Below are positions 22,848 to 33,200 of a stretch of DNA of 64,000 nt, in pieces. Origin of the DNA: Plasmodiophora brassicae (taxonomy: Eukaryota); contig CP145427.1 in the NCBI GenBank assembly GCA_036867785.1, positions 434,001 to 498,000 of the forward strand. Reading direction: 5' to 3'. The notes under the pieces were generated by a model. That model worked only from the letters and a program-made list of their open reading frames with translations, searched no databases and had not been told where the DNA came from. How positions within the stretch are numbered: the stretch's first letter is position 1; each line of letters begins with the position of its first letter. The position numbers and the translations under genes are program-made.

Positions 22848-23163
22848 CTGCGGCAACGTCCTCAGATGTACGCGCAGGGAGTCGTGGTGGCGGAACCCCA
22901 CCGGGATGATTTCGGCAATGTGGACAACACTGCAATGGGCGAACTGGGACACGATTGCAACCGTGTTTCTGGTTCCGCACTAGGGCACGTTCCCAGGGTG
23001 CCCTCCGGGATCCACCTGGACGTTGTCGCCTCAGCATCACGTATCTTCGTGGCCCGCCCGCGGGGGTTTTGCTGCGAACCGCGTGGTGGGCCCCTGTACC
23101 ATTCGATGCGGGCGACATCGCGACTGGAACGTTTTATTCTGCTGGGTAGGCTAGGGCCGGGGC

Positions 23164-23703
23164 TCAAGCGTCGTCGAGGGCGTCCACGCCGGCACCGGGC
23201 GGCCTGGAGGGCGGGTCGCGCGCCGGAGCGTCGCCCGGTTTCTGTGGGGGAGCCGCGCCCGGCAACGACATGGCGGTCAACGGGGTGCTGCTGGCCGGTG
23301 GCGCCGGGTGCCCCGGCGGCGTCGGGATCGCAGGCGAGGTCGGCGTCTTTACGATAATGATCGGCGGATCCGTGAACGGCAACTGCATTGATACCGGCGC
23401 CGGGGGCGAAGTTGGTGGTGGCGGCGGCGGCGGCGGCGGCGACGTTGGCGCGGAAGCGAGCGTGGCGGTTGGGAACGCGTTACTAGGTAGGGCAACCAGG
23501 GCGCAGATGTACCCGTACTGGTACCCAGGGGCCAACGACGGCAAGGGCGTTGGTGCTGGCGCCTGCGAGAGCCCTGGCGTGACACACGGGCACGGTGCGG
23601 TAGGTGCAGAGGCGCGCGGGTGCAGCGTGCCGGGCACCACTGGGTACCCGACGGACCCGGCGACGACCTGCAGGACCGCTCCCATGACGATGGCAATGCG
23701 CAT
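23164..23703 (-). CDS. Small secreted Pro-rich protein, 179 aa
   Basis: Signal peptide MRIAIVMGAVLQVVAG; poly-Pro tracts; intronless ORF. Confidence 0.65.
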   Translation of the reverse strand: MRIAIVMGAVLQVVAGSVGYPVVPGTLHPRASAPTAPCPCVTPGLSQAPAPTPLPSLAPGYQYGYICALVALPSNAFPTATLASAPTSPPPPPPPPPTSPPAPVSMQLPFTDPPIIIVKTPTSPAIPTPPGHPAPPASSTPLTAMSLPGAAPPQKPGDAPARDPPSRPPGAGVDALDDA

Positions 23704-23843
23704 CGGGGATCGTCAGTGAGCGGAACGGCCCGGAACCGGGTTAACGACGGGCGGCTCGGCCGATCTCCGACCCGCGCTCGTGTCCACAACACGGTCTGCA
23801 TAAGTTACGAGGCAACGTTGTTAGTACAGGTGAGGCGCCTTCT

Positions 23844-24782
23844 CTAGGACTGGTCGTAATCGTCGAGGTCGTCGAGCGAGTTCTCGTCGTAGATGTCGCT
23901 TCCGACGCCGTCGTCGTCGCTCTCTGTGTCTTCCTCCGGGTACGACATGTTCGGGTTGTTGGACGCGTTCGAGTCCTCATCGTCCCAGTTGGCCTCCTCG
24001 TCGGTGTCGGCCTCGAAGATTAGCGGCTCCGCGTCGTCGTCGATGCTGATGAGCGCACTAGGCGAAGATCACCGATTACGATTGGACAGCACGTGCAGAG
24101 CGCGACATCCCCGACCTGTTGTTGATCTGCGCAGCGGAAGCCGCGCCTTCGCAGACGAACACGTCCCAAACAAATTCATCGGCGTCCTTCTGCGACCCAC
24201 CGGTCAGATCACATCGACCAACAGCGTCGACCATCGCTTACGACGTCACCGATATCAGCGCGGTACTTCTCCATCAGTCGCTCGTAGTTTGTCGAGCCAG
24301 ACCGACCTGGCGCCAGCGGGTCCACATCGATATACCGGAAATGCGCACTGGCATCATACCGGCCGTTCGAATCCTGCATTGACCAACGTAAGACGGCCAT
24401 CTGTACAGAAACCCAATGGGCACTACTACCCGAAGGCGCTCCTGAAACGATGCGTCGAGCAATTGCTCGTTGTTACATGTTTCGATCCGTCGAAACACTG
24501 CTCCCCATGGTCAGAATTGCTCGGGAACGACGCACACATTTGACTGACGTTTGGCACTTGAACTGGGATCGCTTGCGACGACGAGGCCGGTGAATCGGCT
24601 TGAAAGTGACGCCGTGGTAGCCCGTTTAGCGGACGGTGCATTGACAACTGACGTAAACCGTCAAGAACATTGCAGAGGAAGTACTACAGAATATTCCACC
24701 AAATACCTAGATCGTCTACGGGTAAGCATAATCGCGGCCGTTTGACGCGGACGACGACGATCGGTGCCTGGCCACCAGACAT
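23844..24782 (-). CDS. IWR1: IWR1/SLC7A6OS-like RNA polymerase II nuclear import factor, multi-exon
   Basis: N-terminal VVVRVKRPR..PVDDL and C-terminal DDEDSNASNNPNMSYPEE followed by an acidic tail. Confidence 0.75.
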
Positions 24783-25413
24783 TCACCGGATGAAATCACG
24801 CGGCAATGCGGCCAGTCGTTGCGGAGTCCGCTTCGGAGTCCGTGACGCAGAGCAGGGCATTACCGTCACGCCATACAACTGGGAACACTTACACGACGGA
24901 CAACAGGGAGCACGTCGAAACCGGCAGTAAAGTGCCGATGGAAGTGCAGGAGAGTGCTCGGAAAGTGTCGACTCCATAGTTGGCCGATCAGCACTGGGCG
25001 TGCACTAATGCAGCAGTTAACGCCCGTACTGTCGCGATAGTGCGTCGCAGAAGCCTTCAGGCCGGCAGTCTTGTACGGTTTGGGTTTCGTCGCGAGCACG
25101 AAGCGTAAAATGGTGTTACTACAATGCTCCGCACGGTCCTTCCTCTCTGACGAGACGGACCACAATATACGTTGACGTCGACGTCCCGGCGTCGGTTGCG
25201 ACTCATTCACTCGCTGGATTGTCCATGAAGGCAACCGCTGAGCCATCTTCCAGCTATTGTTCCTTTTTGAGAGACAACAACGAAAACTAAGCAACCGCCG
25301 TTATACAATCGATCTGATGGTGCGACTAAGTAGGATAGTATACCGGGGGTATTACGTTCGCGTTAGTACTAGATCGATCGACCCGTCCTCTCCATTGACG
25401 TTGGGCGTCACAC

Positions 25414-26235
25414 ATGGCGTCTGGCGCGCCGTCCGATGCATCGCCGACGACGTCATCAGCGCCGACGGTCTTCTACGAAAAGCTGTACAAGCTCGTCGTC
25501 GTTGGCGACAGCGGGGTTGGCAAGACCAACATCATAAATCGCTTCTGCAGGGGCAAGTTCGTCCACGAGGAGAAGTCGACTATCGGTGCGCACTTCCCAC
25601 GCCTAACACGATTCCTGCATGGTTCTAACGAGCACAGGTGTGGAGTTCGCTACAAAGATTCTGGACATGGACGATGGTCGCCGCGTCAAGGCGCAGATCT
25701 GGGATACTGCCGGCCAGGAGCGGTAAGCGCGACCTCCAGCTGCGAATTCAAAATCGTCTTCAGCTTGCACTGCACAGGTACCGCGCCATTACGAGCGCCT
25801 ACTACCGGGGGTCACTGGGCGCCTTGCTCGTCTTCAGCATCACTGATCGTGAATCGTTCAAGAACGTCCCGCGCTGGCTGAAAGAGCTTCGGGACCATAC
25901 CGGACCTGAGCTTGTGGTAATCCTGGTTGGTACCAAAGCGGACCTGACCGCTGGACGGGTTGTTACCCGCGATGAAGCTCTGGCGCTGAAGTTCCCGTAC
26001 TTCGAGGTCAGCGCGAAATCAGGCGACAACGTCACCGAAGCCGTCACCCGCCTTGTCAAAGACGTGCACGCAATCCACCATTCCCGAAGCGGGACGGGGA
26101 CATCCCCGGGCGGAAAGGTTCGCGTAAGCAAGCAACATCGACCTTGTCGCCAGCGACACCATGTCCTAAACATCCCTGTAGGTGCATATACAGGATCCCC
26201 ATGCCGCGAGCGCTTCCCGCTCCCGCTGCTGTTGA
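25414..26235 (+). CDS. Rab11-like small GTPase (divergent), 4 exons
   Basis: [50 protein letters not shown]-terminal CC* prenylation site. Confidence 0.92.
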
Positions 26236-26368
26236 CATACGGGCAGACCAGAATCCGCTTTCCGCTGAAAGACACGATAAGCGCACCAGCAAGAATACTT
26301 GTGTTTTATACAGAACAGCAGAAGTTCTCACACGTTCAAGTCCTTGCCGACCAATGGGCAATATCAGT

Positions 26369-29300
26369 TTAACCGAAACAAACCCCGCTCGTTCGATGGC
26401 AACGCCATTCCCAGGGGAAAGTGACTCGGTACCGTAAAAACTGCCTGAGGTCGTCATACCGCCACCAGATCACATCGCGAACGTCGGCGTACCGATGAGC
26501 GCACGAGTCGGAAAGCTTGTACCAAATCAGACATGATGCCAAGATGGCGAGGGCTGCGCCAACAGCGACCACGACATAGACGACCGGTGCGACCGGCACT
26601 ACGATCGCCCATGTCGACGTCCTTTCAGAACCCTTGCAACCAGCGGCCATGCGACCTCGGCTAGAAGGAGCTTTAGCCATGTAACGGGAAACGGCCGCCG
26701 TCGAAGCAGCACCAGCCAGCATCGACATCGCGCGACGTATTCGTGTTGATCGCCATAACGACGCCCAACTGAACGACGATGTTTTCGTTGGCACTGGCAT
26801 CGATCGCCGGGAAATGAGGTCGGGCCGCACTGCCGCTGTTAATGCAAGGCTGGCGACCAGTAACGACGCTTTCGTCAGTGCTGGAACACCCGTAGGTACA
26901 GAGACCGTCGGCATTGGAGCTCCCTCCCCAATCGGTTCCAGCAAAGCCGCAAGTGCCGACTTGCACACATCGTCTCGGGCGATGTCGTATGGCGTAAGCC
27001 CATGCTGGTCCAGGGCAGAGACATTCCCGCCGTGCCGTGCGAGTTCCTGGATGACACGATCACGACCGTTCAGGGCGGCATAATGCAAGGGCGTGCGACC
27101 GTCCCGGTCCAGAGCGTTCACGTCGGCCCCGCACTGGAACAACCTTGCAATGAAACGGTGCCGACCGTGGATGGCGGCCACATGGACCGCTGTACGCCCT
27201 TTCAGATCGGCTTCGTTAATGGCGACGTCGTGCGCCATGAGTAAGTCCAGGACGCCCGGTAGGGTCCCGGACAAGGTGGCGACATGAAGCGCCGTTCGAC
27301 CTTTGTCATTCTTCAGGTTGGCAGGGAGACCATTGGACAGCAGGAAGGCGACGTCGGCCGTCACGTTCCGGCACAGGCGATACGCTTGCACGACGAGATG
27401 AAGAACGGAGTCGCCCTCCCAGTTCAGACGCCCTGGGTAGATACGCCGGTGCTTCTTCAACAGGTGCCAGAACATGCCATGATCGCCGGATGACGCTGCC
27501 GCCATCCAGGCAATCGACTCAGGCATGCGTTCTGGTGTCGTTACCGTGAGTTTCGACGATCTGTCAGAAGACGTCCCCCCAGAACTTCGTATTGTTTCTA
27601 CTGCCTCTTGCCGCGATCGTGCAACGGCAATGTCCAGCGGCGTCAATCCGTCCCAGGTCTGCACGTTGATGGCGTCTTTCATGATACAAGTCATGGCGGG
27701 CAGATTGCGACTTCCAGAATCCGCCAGGGTGTGCATTGGTGTCCAGCTCGGGTTGGCGGCGGCACTCGTGAACTTGAACCGTAACGGGTACAACTGCCTA
27801 ACAACGGCAACATCGCCCCGCATGATAGCGTCATGTAATTCCTGCTCTGGATCAACAGGCACGGTCAAGACATCGTCGATCATGTCCTGGATCTGCCGAT
27901 CGCCTAGTGCTGTTAATGACTGCAGGTCCATTGCGATGACGCGCCATCCGTGTCGCATGAGGCACCGGTATTTGAACCTGTGGACAGCACGAGGGACACC
28001 TAACCTCGCGCTATACTTCGCTTCGCTCTTGGACAGGATCACAACGTTCGCGGAACAGGTCACGTACGCAGAAGGCACAAGGAGACCCGTCCATGGGCAC
28101 CGGTAGTTTGAGCGCAGGCCAGTGGACAGGTTTCGTTGAGGAACGGAAGACGGAAGCTCGTCCGCGTCAGCAGTGAACACTTCCGCGCAGCGAGCGAAGA
28201 TACGAAGCAAGGAAGGGCATTGCACGGCAATCTTGGCGAAGTCAGAATTGGTCAACGAGATTTTCCACAGGTGCAGGAACGTCATCGTCTCCTTCAGCTT
28301 GTGGTCCAGGACGGTGTCGTTCAGGAAAAGAGGAAGGAGGCGCTCGACAACGATGGCCGAAACGGCCTTCGGCTTGTCGATCAATGCAAACACGTACAGA
28401 ATCCTGGCAATCGTGTGCACGTTCAGGTCGGCGACCTTATCGATGACGGCGGCCGTGAACGTCTCCAGAAGGTTTGTCGCAGGAACGTCCTCTTCCGTCA
28501 TCACCTGCAGCGCAGCAACAACGTCGTCGACGTTGGCAATTATGTCAAAGGACGGCCCGCTGTAACTTGCAACGACCCGCAGAACATCGTTACTTGTCGG
28601 GTGAACATGCGTCGCGTACGTCGGGACAATAAGCGCAAGATGGCTTGCGCTCATCTTGGGGATACGTTCGATCAAGGCAGGGGCGATTGCTTGCAGAATC
28701 GAGGTGCGGAACGCGGATAACGCGTACTCAGTGGCAAGGACAATGTGCACGACGTGCTCGACATTCCAGATTTCGTCCCGTCGTCTTACGATGGCGCGCG
28801 CGATACGACGTTTCATCGGGTACCGTATGTGCATGGGCGCCGAGCTGAACGCGATGGCAAGCTGCGCGAGCTCATCCGGCCGCCAGCGGGCGAGGGCACG
28901 GTTGGACACTTCGTCGAACAGGGCGGGATCGCATGCGAACCGGGTGCGACGAAACGCGAGCAGGAGACGGAGAATCAGCTTGGAATCAATAGAACGACGA
29001 CGTTTGATGGCTTCGGTTGCGATCTCCTTGAAAAGGGCAGAGACGGGTAGCGAGTTCAGCGAACGACCAGAAGCGGTCTGCGCGGCGATGTTTGGGAAAA
29101 CGAGCGACAGGTCGAACGTGGCCTTTCGGGCGATGAGCGGCATCACCGGATGACCGGCGCCTGCGCTGGCATACGCGAACGCGACTCGGACGAGGTCCTC
29201 GGATGACATCGACGACACGTTGCGACTCAGACGATACGCGGACGCGGCGAACATGTCGACAGGATCGACGTCAGAACGCGTTGCGAGGCGCTCCAGAACC

Positions 29301-29998
29301 GCCACCAGGTCAACGGTGGCGAACTCCGACGGTCGTCGGCTGATCTCGTCGACGACGTCCTTGACGAACACTGCGTCGTCGTGGTGCAGGTCGTGCCCGC
29401 ACACATCGACGACCCGGGAAAGCTCATCAGCGGTCAGCAGCGACAACCGGGATTGAACCTGTCGCGACAGGTGCCGAAATGCAGAGGGGAACGCGCTCGA
29501 CCCGTTGCCGTTGCGAGACTTGGCGAATGTGGTGAACAACGAAACGAGCATGGGGGCAGAGAACGTGTCGATGTGCGGGACGATGTTCGGTTCGACGACG
29601 GTGAGGAGGGTATGGAACGAGGAACCGCGCAGAGCGACGTACGTCAGGTCGCTGATGCTGGTGATCAGGGCGGCTTGATGGGGGACGGGCATGGTGGCGA
29701 CCCGGGCAACGGTGTCGTCGGCGACTGCATCCAAGAAGGCCATCAGCGACAGGTCGCCGGCATGCGAATGGAAATGCGCGCGGCACGCCGACAGAATGGC
29801 GACGAGCGCGTCCGGCGTCGACGTGGCGAGTCGCGCGCGGGCCCGGTGGAGCCAGGCGCGGCGCTCGATCACGCTCGACAACCCCGGCAATGCGGAGACG
29901 AGGTCGTCGTCGACCTGGTAGGCGGCGCTGCACATGACGCCGACCTGCATGCCGGCGGGGACCAGGACGACGAGGAGGATGAGGAGGACGGCGGCCAT
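26369..29998 (-). CDS. Signal peptide + OPR/FAST-like helical repeats + degenerate RAP + ankyrin repeats + C-terminal TM, intronless
   Basis: MAAVLLILLVVLVPAG; helical repeats (..MSSEDLVRVAFAYASAG..); RFKYRCLMRHGWRVIAM; ankyrins GRTALHVA, GRTAVHVAA, GRTPLHYAA; TM VVPVAPVVYVVVAVGAALAILASCLIWY. Confidence 0.8.
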   Translation of the reverse strand: MAAVLLILLVVLVPAGMQVGVMCSAAYQVDDDLVSALPGLSSVIERRAWLHRARARLATSTPDALVAILSACRAHFHSHAGDLSLMAFLDAVADDTVARVATMPVPHQAALITSISDLTYVALRGSSFHTLLTVVEPNIVPHIDTFSAPMLVSLFTTFAKSRNGNGSSAFPSAFRHLSRQVQSRLSLLTADELSRVVDVCGHDLHHDDAVFVKDVVDEISRRPSEFATVDLVAVLERLATRSDVDPVDMFAASAYRLSRNVSSMSSEDLVRVAFAYASAGAGHPVMPLIARKATFDLSLVFPNIAAQTASGRSLNSLPVSALFKEIATEAIKRRRSIDSKLILRLLLAFRRTRFACDPALFDEVSNRALARWRPDELAQLAIAFSSAPMHIRYPMKRRIARAIVRRRDEIWNVEHVVHIVLATEYALSAFRTSILQAIAPALIERIPKMSASHLALIVPTYATHVHPTSNDVLRVVASYSGPSFDIIANVDDVVAALQVMTEEDVPATNLLETFTAAVIDKVADLNVHTIARILYVFALIDKPKAVSAIVVERLLPLFLNDTVLDHKLKETMTFLHLWKISLTNSDFAKIAVQCPSLLRIFARCAEVFTADADELPSSVPQRNLSTGLRSNYRCPWTGLLVPSAYVTCSANVVILSKSEAKYSARLGVPRAVHRFKYRCLMRHGWRVIAMDLQSLTALGDRQIQDMIDDVLTVPVDPEQELHDAIMRGDVAVVRQLYPLRFKFTSAAANPSWTPMHTLADSGSRNLPAMTCIMKDAINVQTWDGLTPLDIAVARSRQEAVETIRSSGGTSSDRSSKLTVTTPERMPESIAWMAAASSGDHGMFWHLLKKHRRIYPGRLNWEGDSVLHLVVQAYRLCRNVTADVAFLLSNGLPANLKNDKGRTALHVATLSGTLPGVLDLLMAHDVAINEADLKGRTAVHVAAIHGRHRFIARLFQCGADVNALDRDGRTPLHYAALNGRDRVIQELARHGGNVSALDQHGLTPYDIARDDVCKSALAALLEPIGEGAPMPTVSVPTGVPALTKASLLVASLALTAAVRPDLISRRSMPVPTKTSSFSWASLWRSTRIRRAMSMLAGAASTAAVSRYMAKAPSSRGRMAAGCKGSERTSTWAIVVPVAPVVYVVVAVGAALAILASCLIWYKLSDSCAHRYADVRDVIWWRYDDLRQFLRYRVTFPWEWRCHRTSGVCFG

Positions 29999-30277
29999 TC
30001 GTGCGCACTGTCGTAGAGCGAAGCGGTTCGCCGCCGCACTATTTTCGCGGACTGCGTCTGGGTGCAGCTCGCGCCCACCGCCGGCGGACCGCACTTTTCA
30101 GATGCGTCCGTACCGGGGGACGACCTACGGTGTACGACAATCCCTGGAAATGGAGCTGGCTCGCGTCGCCGGGCAATTGTCCAATTTATTACGAAGGAAG
30201 TGATTGGGAGAGTGTGTGCTCCCTCTGGCCGGTTGAGCCGTTGCTTACTTACCAGCTCAAGTTGCGAAGATGGCGAA

Positions 30278-33200
30278 TCAGTTGGTCACAGGTGCCTTAT
30301 CGTTCTTGTCAGTGGAATTAGCTTGCCATTGCTCGTCGGTGTTGACGATATTCGTGAACAGGTGACTGGATGTGAGTTCCGCAAGCCTTTCTTCGGGCAC
30401 CAAGAGAAGCAACATTCGAGCCTGCTTGCATTCGCTGTCTAGGACGCCGATCAGCGGATATACGACGAAGAGGTACTGCGCGACCACCGCAACGATGAAC
30501 CCAACCAGCAGTAGAATCTGCGTCAAGAGATAGTCGGGAAGGATGGCGGCGACGGCGTTGCCGAACAGCTTAAGGCTCCGAAGGCCTACAGGGTCCAGGA
30601 ACGAGTTTTCGAATTCCAGTAAGTTAACCAAGTCCGCTTTGGCGAGATTCGACATCACATCTGTTTCGTTCGCAAGTAGCCATACGCCGGTACCAGCCGC
30701 GCTCTCCACTTGAACGTCGGCGTTGGCCGCCGGTAGCGTATTCGACAGGACATTCGCCAGCCCTTTCGATTGCCGTGCGTATTCCACGGTAGCGTGATAC
30801 AATCCACTGGTCATGACCCCGTTCCGGAATTGTTCGCATGTGACCTGTGTAGGACTAGCACCTTCCTGGAAATTGATGCATCCGTTAGTGAGGAGAATGT
30901 CGAGTTCATCGCTGACAGATTCGGGCTGTGTACCACCATACACATTGATCATCCCAACTGTACCCATGTTCCCATTACTGTACAGCAGTTGTGACGCCGA
31001 TGACTCCAACTGCGATATTGAGTTCAAGATCAGCGACTTCGTGATCAGGTTCGCGGCCACGTCGTCGTCGATGCCTTTGACCTTGGCTCCAGCAGCGTAC
31101 ATTTGCAGATACAAGGCAATATTGCCTGTCCGTCGATGGTTCGTGGCGCTCAGGCTCATCCATGCCGGAATATTAGTCATGGAATCATGCATGTTTGCAA
31201 GTTGCATATTGGCAGCAATAAAGTATACCATAGCGACCAGGACAATCGTTGCGGCGCGCAACGTCACCCGCGTCCCTCTGTCCCGCAGGAAACGCAGAAA
31301 TTGGTCCAGCAGCGTCCGCACCTCAAGTCTAAGTTGAGACTTCGATTTCCCATGACGCTGATCTGAAGTGGAAACCGCGCCCGGCTGCTTCACATCCATC
31401 GTGTCTTCGCCAGCTGTCACTTTCGAAGCAGGTGTGGCCACTGTTTGGAGGGCGCCACCAGTTCCGTCATCATATGCATCATCTCGAAGTTGGGACGGCC
31501 TGGCAACGGTCGTTGGCGGATCCTCACAGCGTTGATCGTTGACATTTTCTTGGTCGTCATCGTCGTCTGGCGGTTTCACGGTCAAGTCACCGCCAACGTC
31601 CTGTGAACGGCGCCGCTTGGTCTTGGAGCGGTGGTATCCTTTGGTTGTGTTGATGGCCATTAGGACACTGCGAGCAGCGATCCCATGGGTCGTCTCGAGA
31701 CGATCCAGAATACTATCGCGGATAGCGGCCGTCGACTCCTCCGGGAGGTTCATCAGGATCTGCATCGTTTCACGTTTTGATTCTTCGATAGTCTTGACTT
31801 TTGGGTACAGAGCAAGAACAGAGAGCGCGATCAAAACCAGGCATGCAATGCTGACAATGATCGTCATGGATACTGCCCGATGAAAATATGGTCAATGGAC
31901 AGGCGGAATCATTTGCGAACAGATTGGCATCTACCTGTTGAGGATAAAAAGTTCGTCAGTTTGGCAAATACGGCGTTCCTGCTTGCAGTGATCGCTCCGG
32001 GCAGAGACGATGATGTCGATCCCAGCGCGTTTGCTATTAACATAAATACAAGTGGGTTGGTCGACCGGAACTGAGATAGGTCGCTTTGAGTCAATTGATC
32101 CGCTGCCGACGTATACATCGTTACGGCATCAAACAACCCCATCTGCGTGATCATTGTCGACGTCCCGTCGGGGTCGGCTGTGTCGTGCAGTAGCAATCGC
32201 ACTTTGACCGCTGGGGTCTCATAGAATGGAACCACACCCTCACCGAATGAACTTCGTGCTGTCGTATTTCGTCATGGCGTCAGCATAAATGCGTTAATTC
32301 GTGGATTCGTTGTCGTTACCTTGGTAGAGCGCAAGATCGCTGCCGTGTAGGGTGGCCGCGGCTCCTGACATGCGTTGCCGTAGCCACGCCTGGACAGAGG
32401 TATCATTCGGGATGAGCCCGTTATTCATAAGCATGAGGTTGAAAGCACCGAACGCAGCCGTTGTTAGGTAGGATCGCCGTTCTGCCGAGACAATGGCCGT
32501 CTGCATAAAGTTGTTGTAGGTGGTTATGGATTGGTTTTGGGCGGCGAACCATGCGATCGATGCCACGACAACAATGGCGATAACACCGAGGTACATGTTC
32601 CGGAAAGATCGTAGGCTGGGGTCCAATGCAGAATTGTTTCGCAGTAGGGCACGGCGTAACGCCCGTGCTTGGTTGACGCTCGAATTTGCCTCCGACACAG
32701 ATGACGCCGAAGGAGGGCCCCCGTTGGTGTTCCGCCCTCGACCATGACCGGATCCCGTATTTGCATTACCCGCATCTTCCTTCTCCGACGCGTTCACACG
32801 ATCGATACAGGTCGTATTCGTCACGTCCGACATATCCTGAGACGCAGTAAACTGAACCTTGCGACTGCTTTGGCCAGAGGATCGCCGTCGAGAGCGACCT
32901 CCACTTGTCTGTTCCGGTGCGATAACGGCCAACGACGTCAGGTCACGTTCCGAATCCGACACTTCGCTGGCGCTGTCGACTGGCGGCGCAATAGAGACCC
33001 TGGGCGCTGAAAACGTCACTGAGTGGCTCGGTTCGTCGAATGTGCTGACGATGATGGCATCGACGGTTTCAGTGTGCACCTGGAACAAAGTGACGGCCAC
33101 ATTGATCCGTCCGGGATCGTCCAACGATACGCGATGCGACATTGCTGCCTCATGGGCTACGCCTGGGTCACGAAGGAACTCCTCCCTGTTGTCATCGTAA

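Noticed and set aside
15720-23160. Complete hAT element enclosing the LTR insertion
   Set aside because: Only a weak transposase-like fragment; no convincing TIR pair or 8-bp TSD
24866-25294. 142-aa minus-strand ORF between IWR1-like and Rab genes
   Set aside because: No motifs or codon bias; probably the shared divergent promoter or UTR
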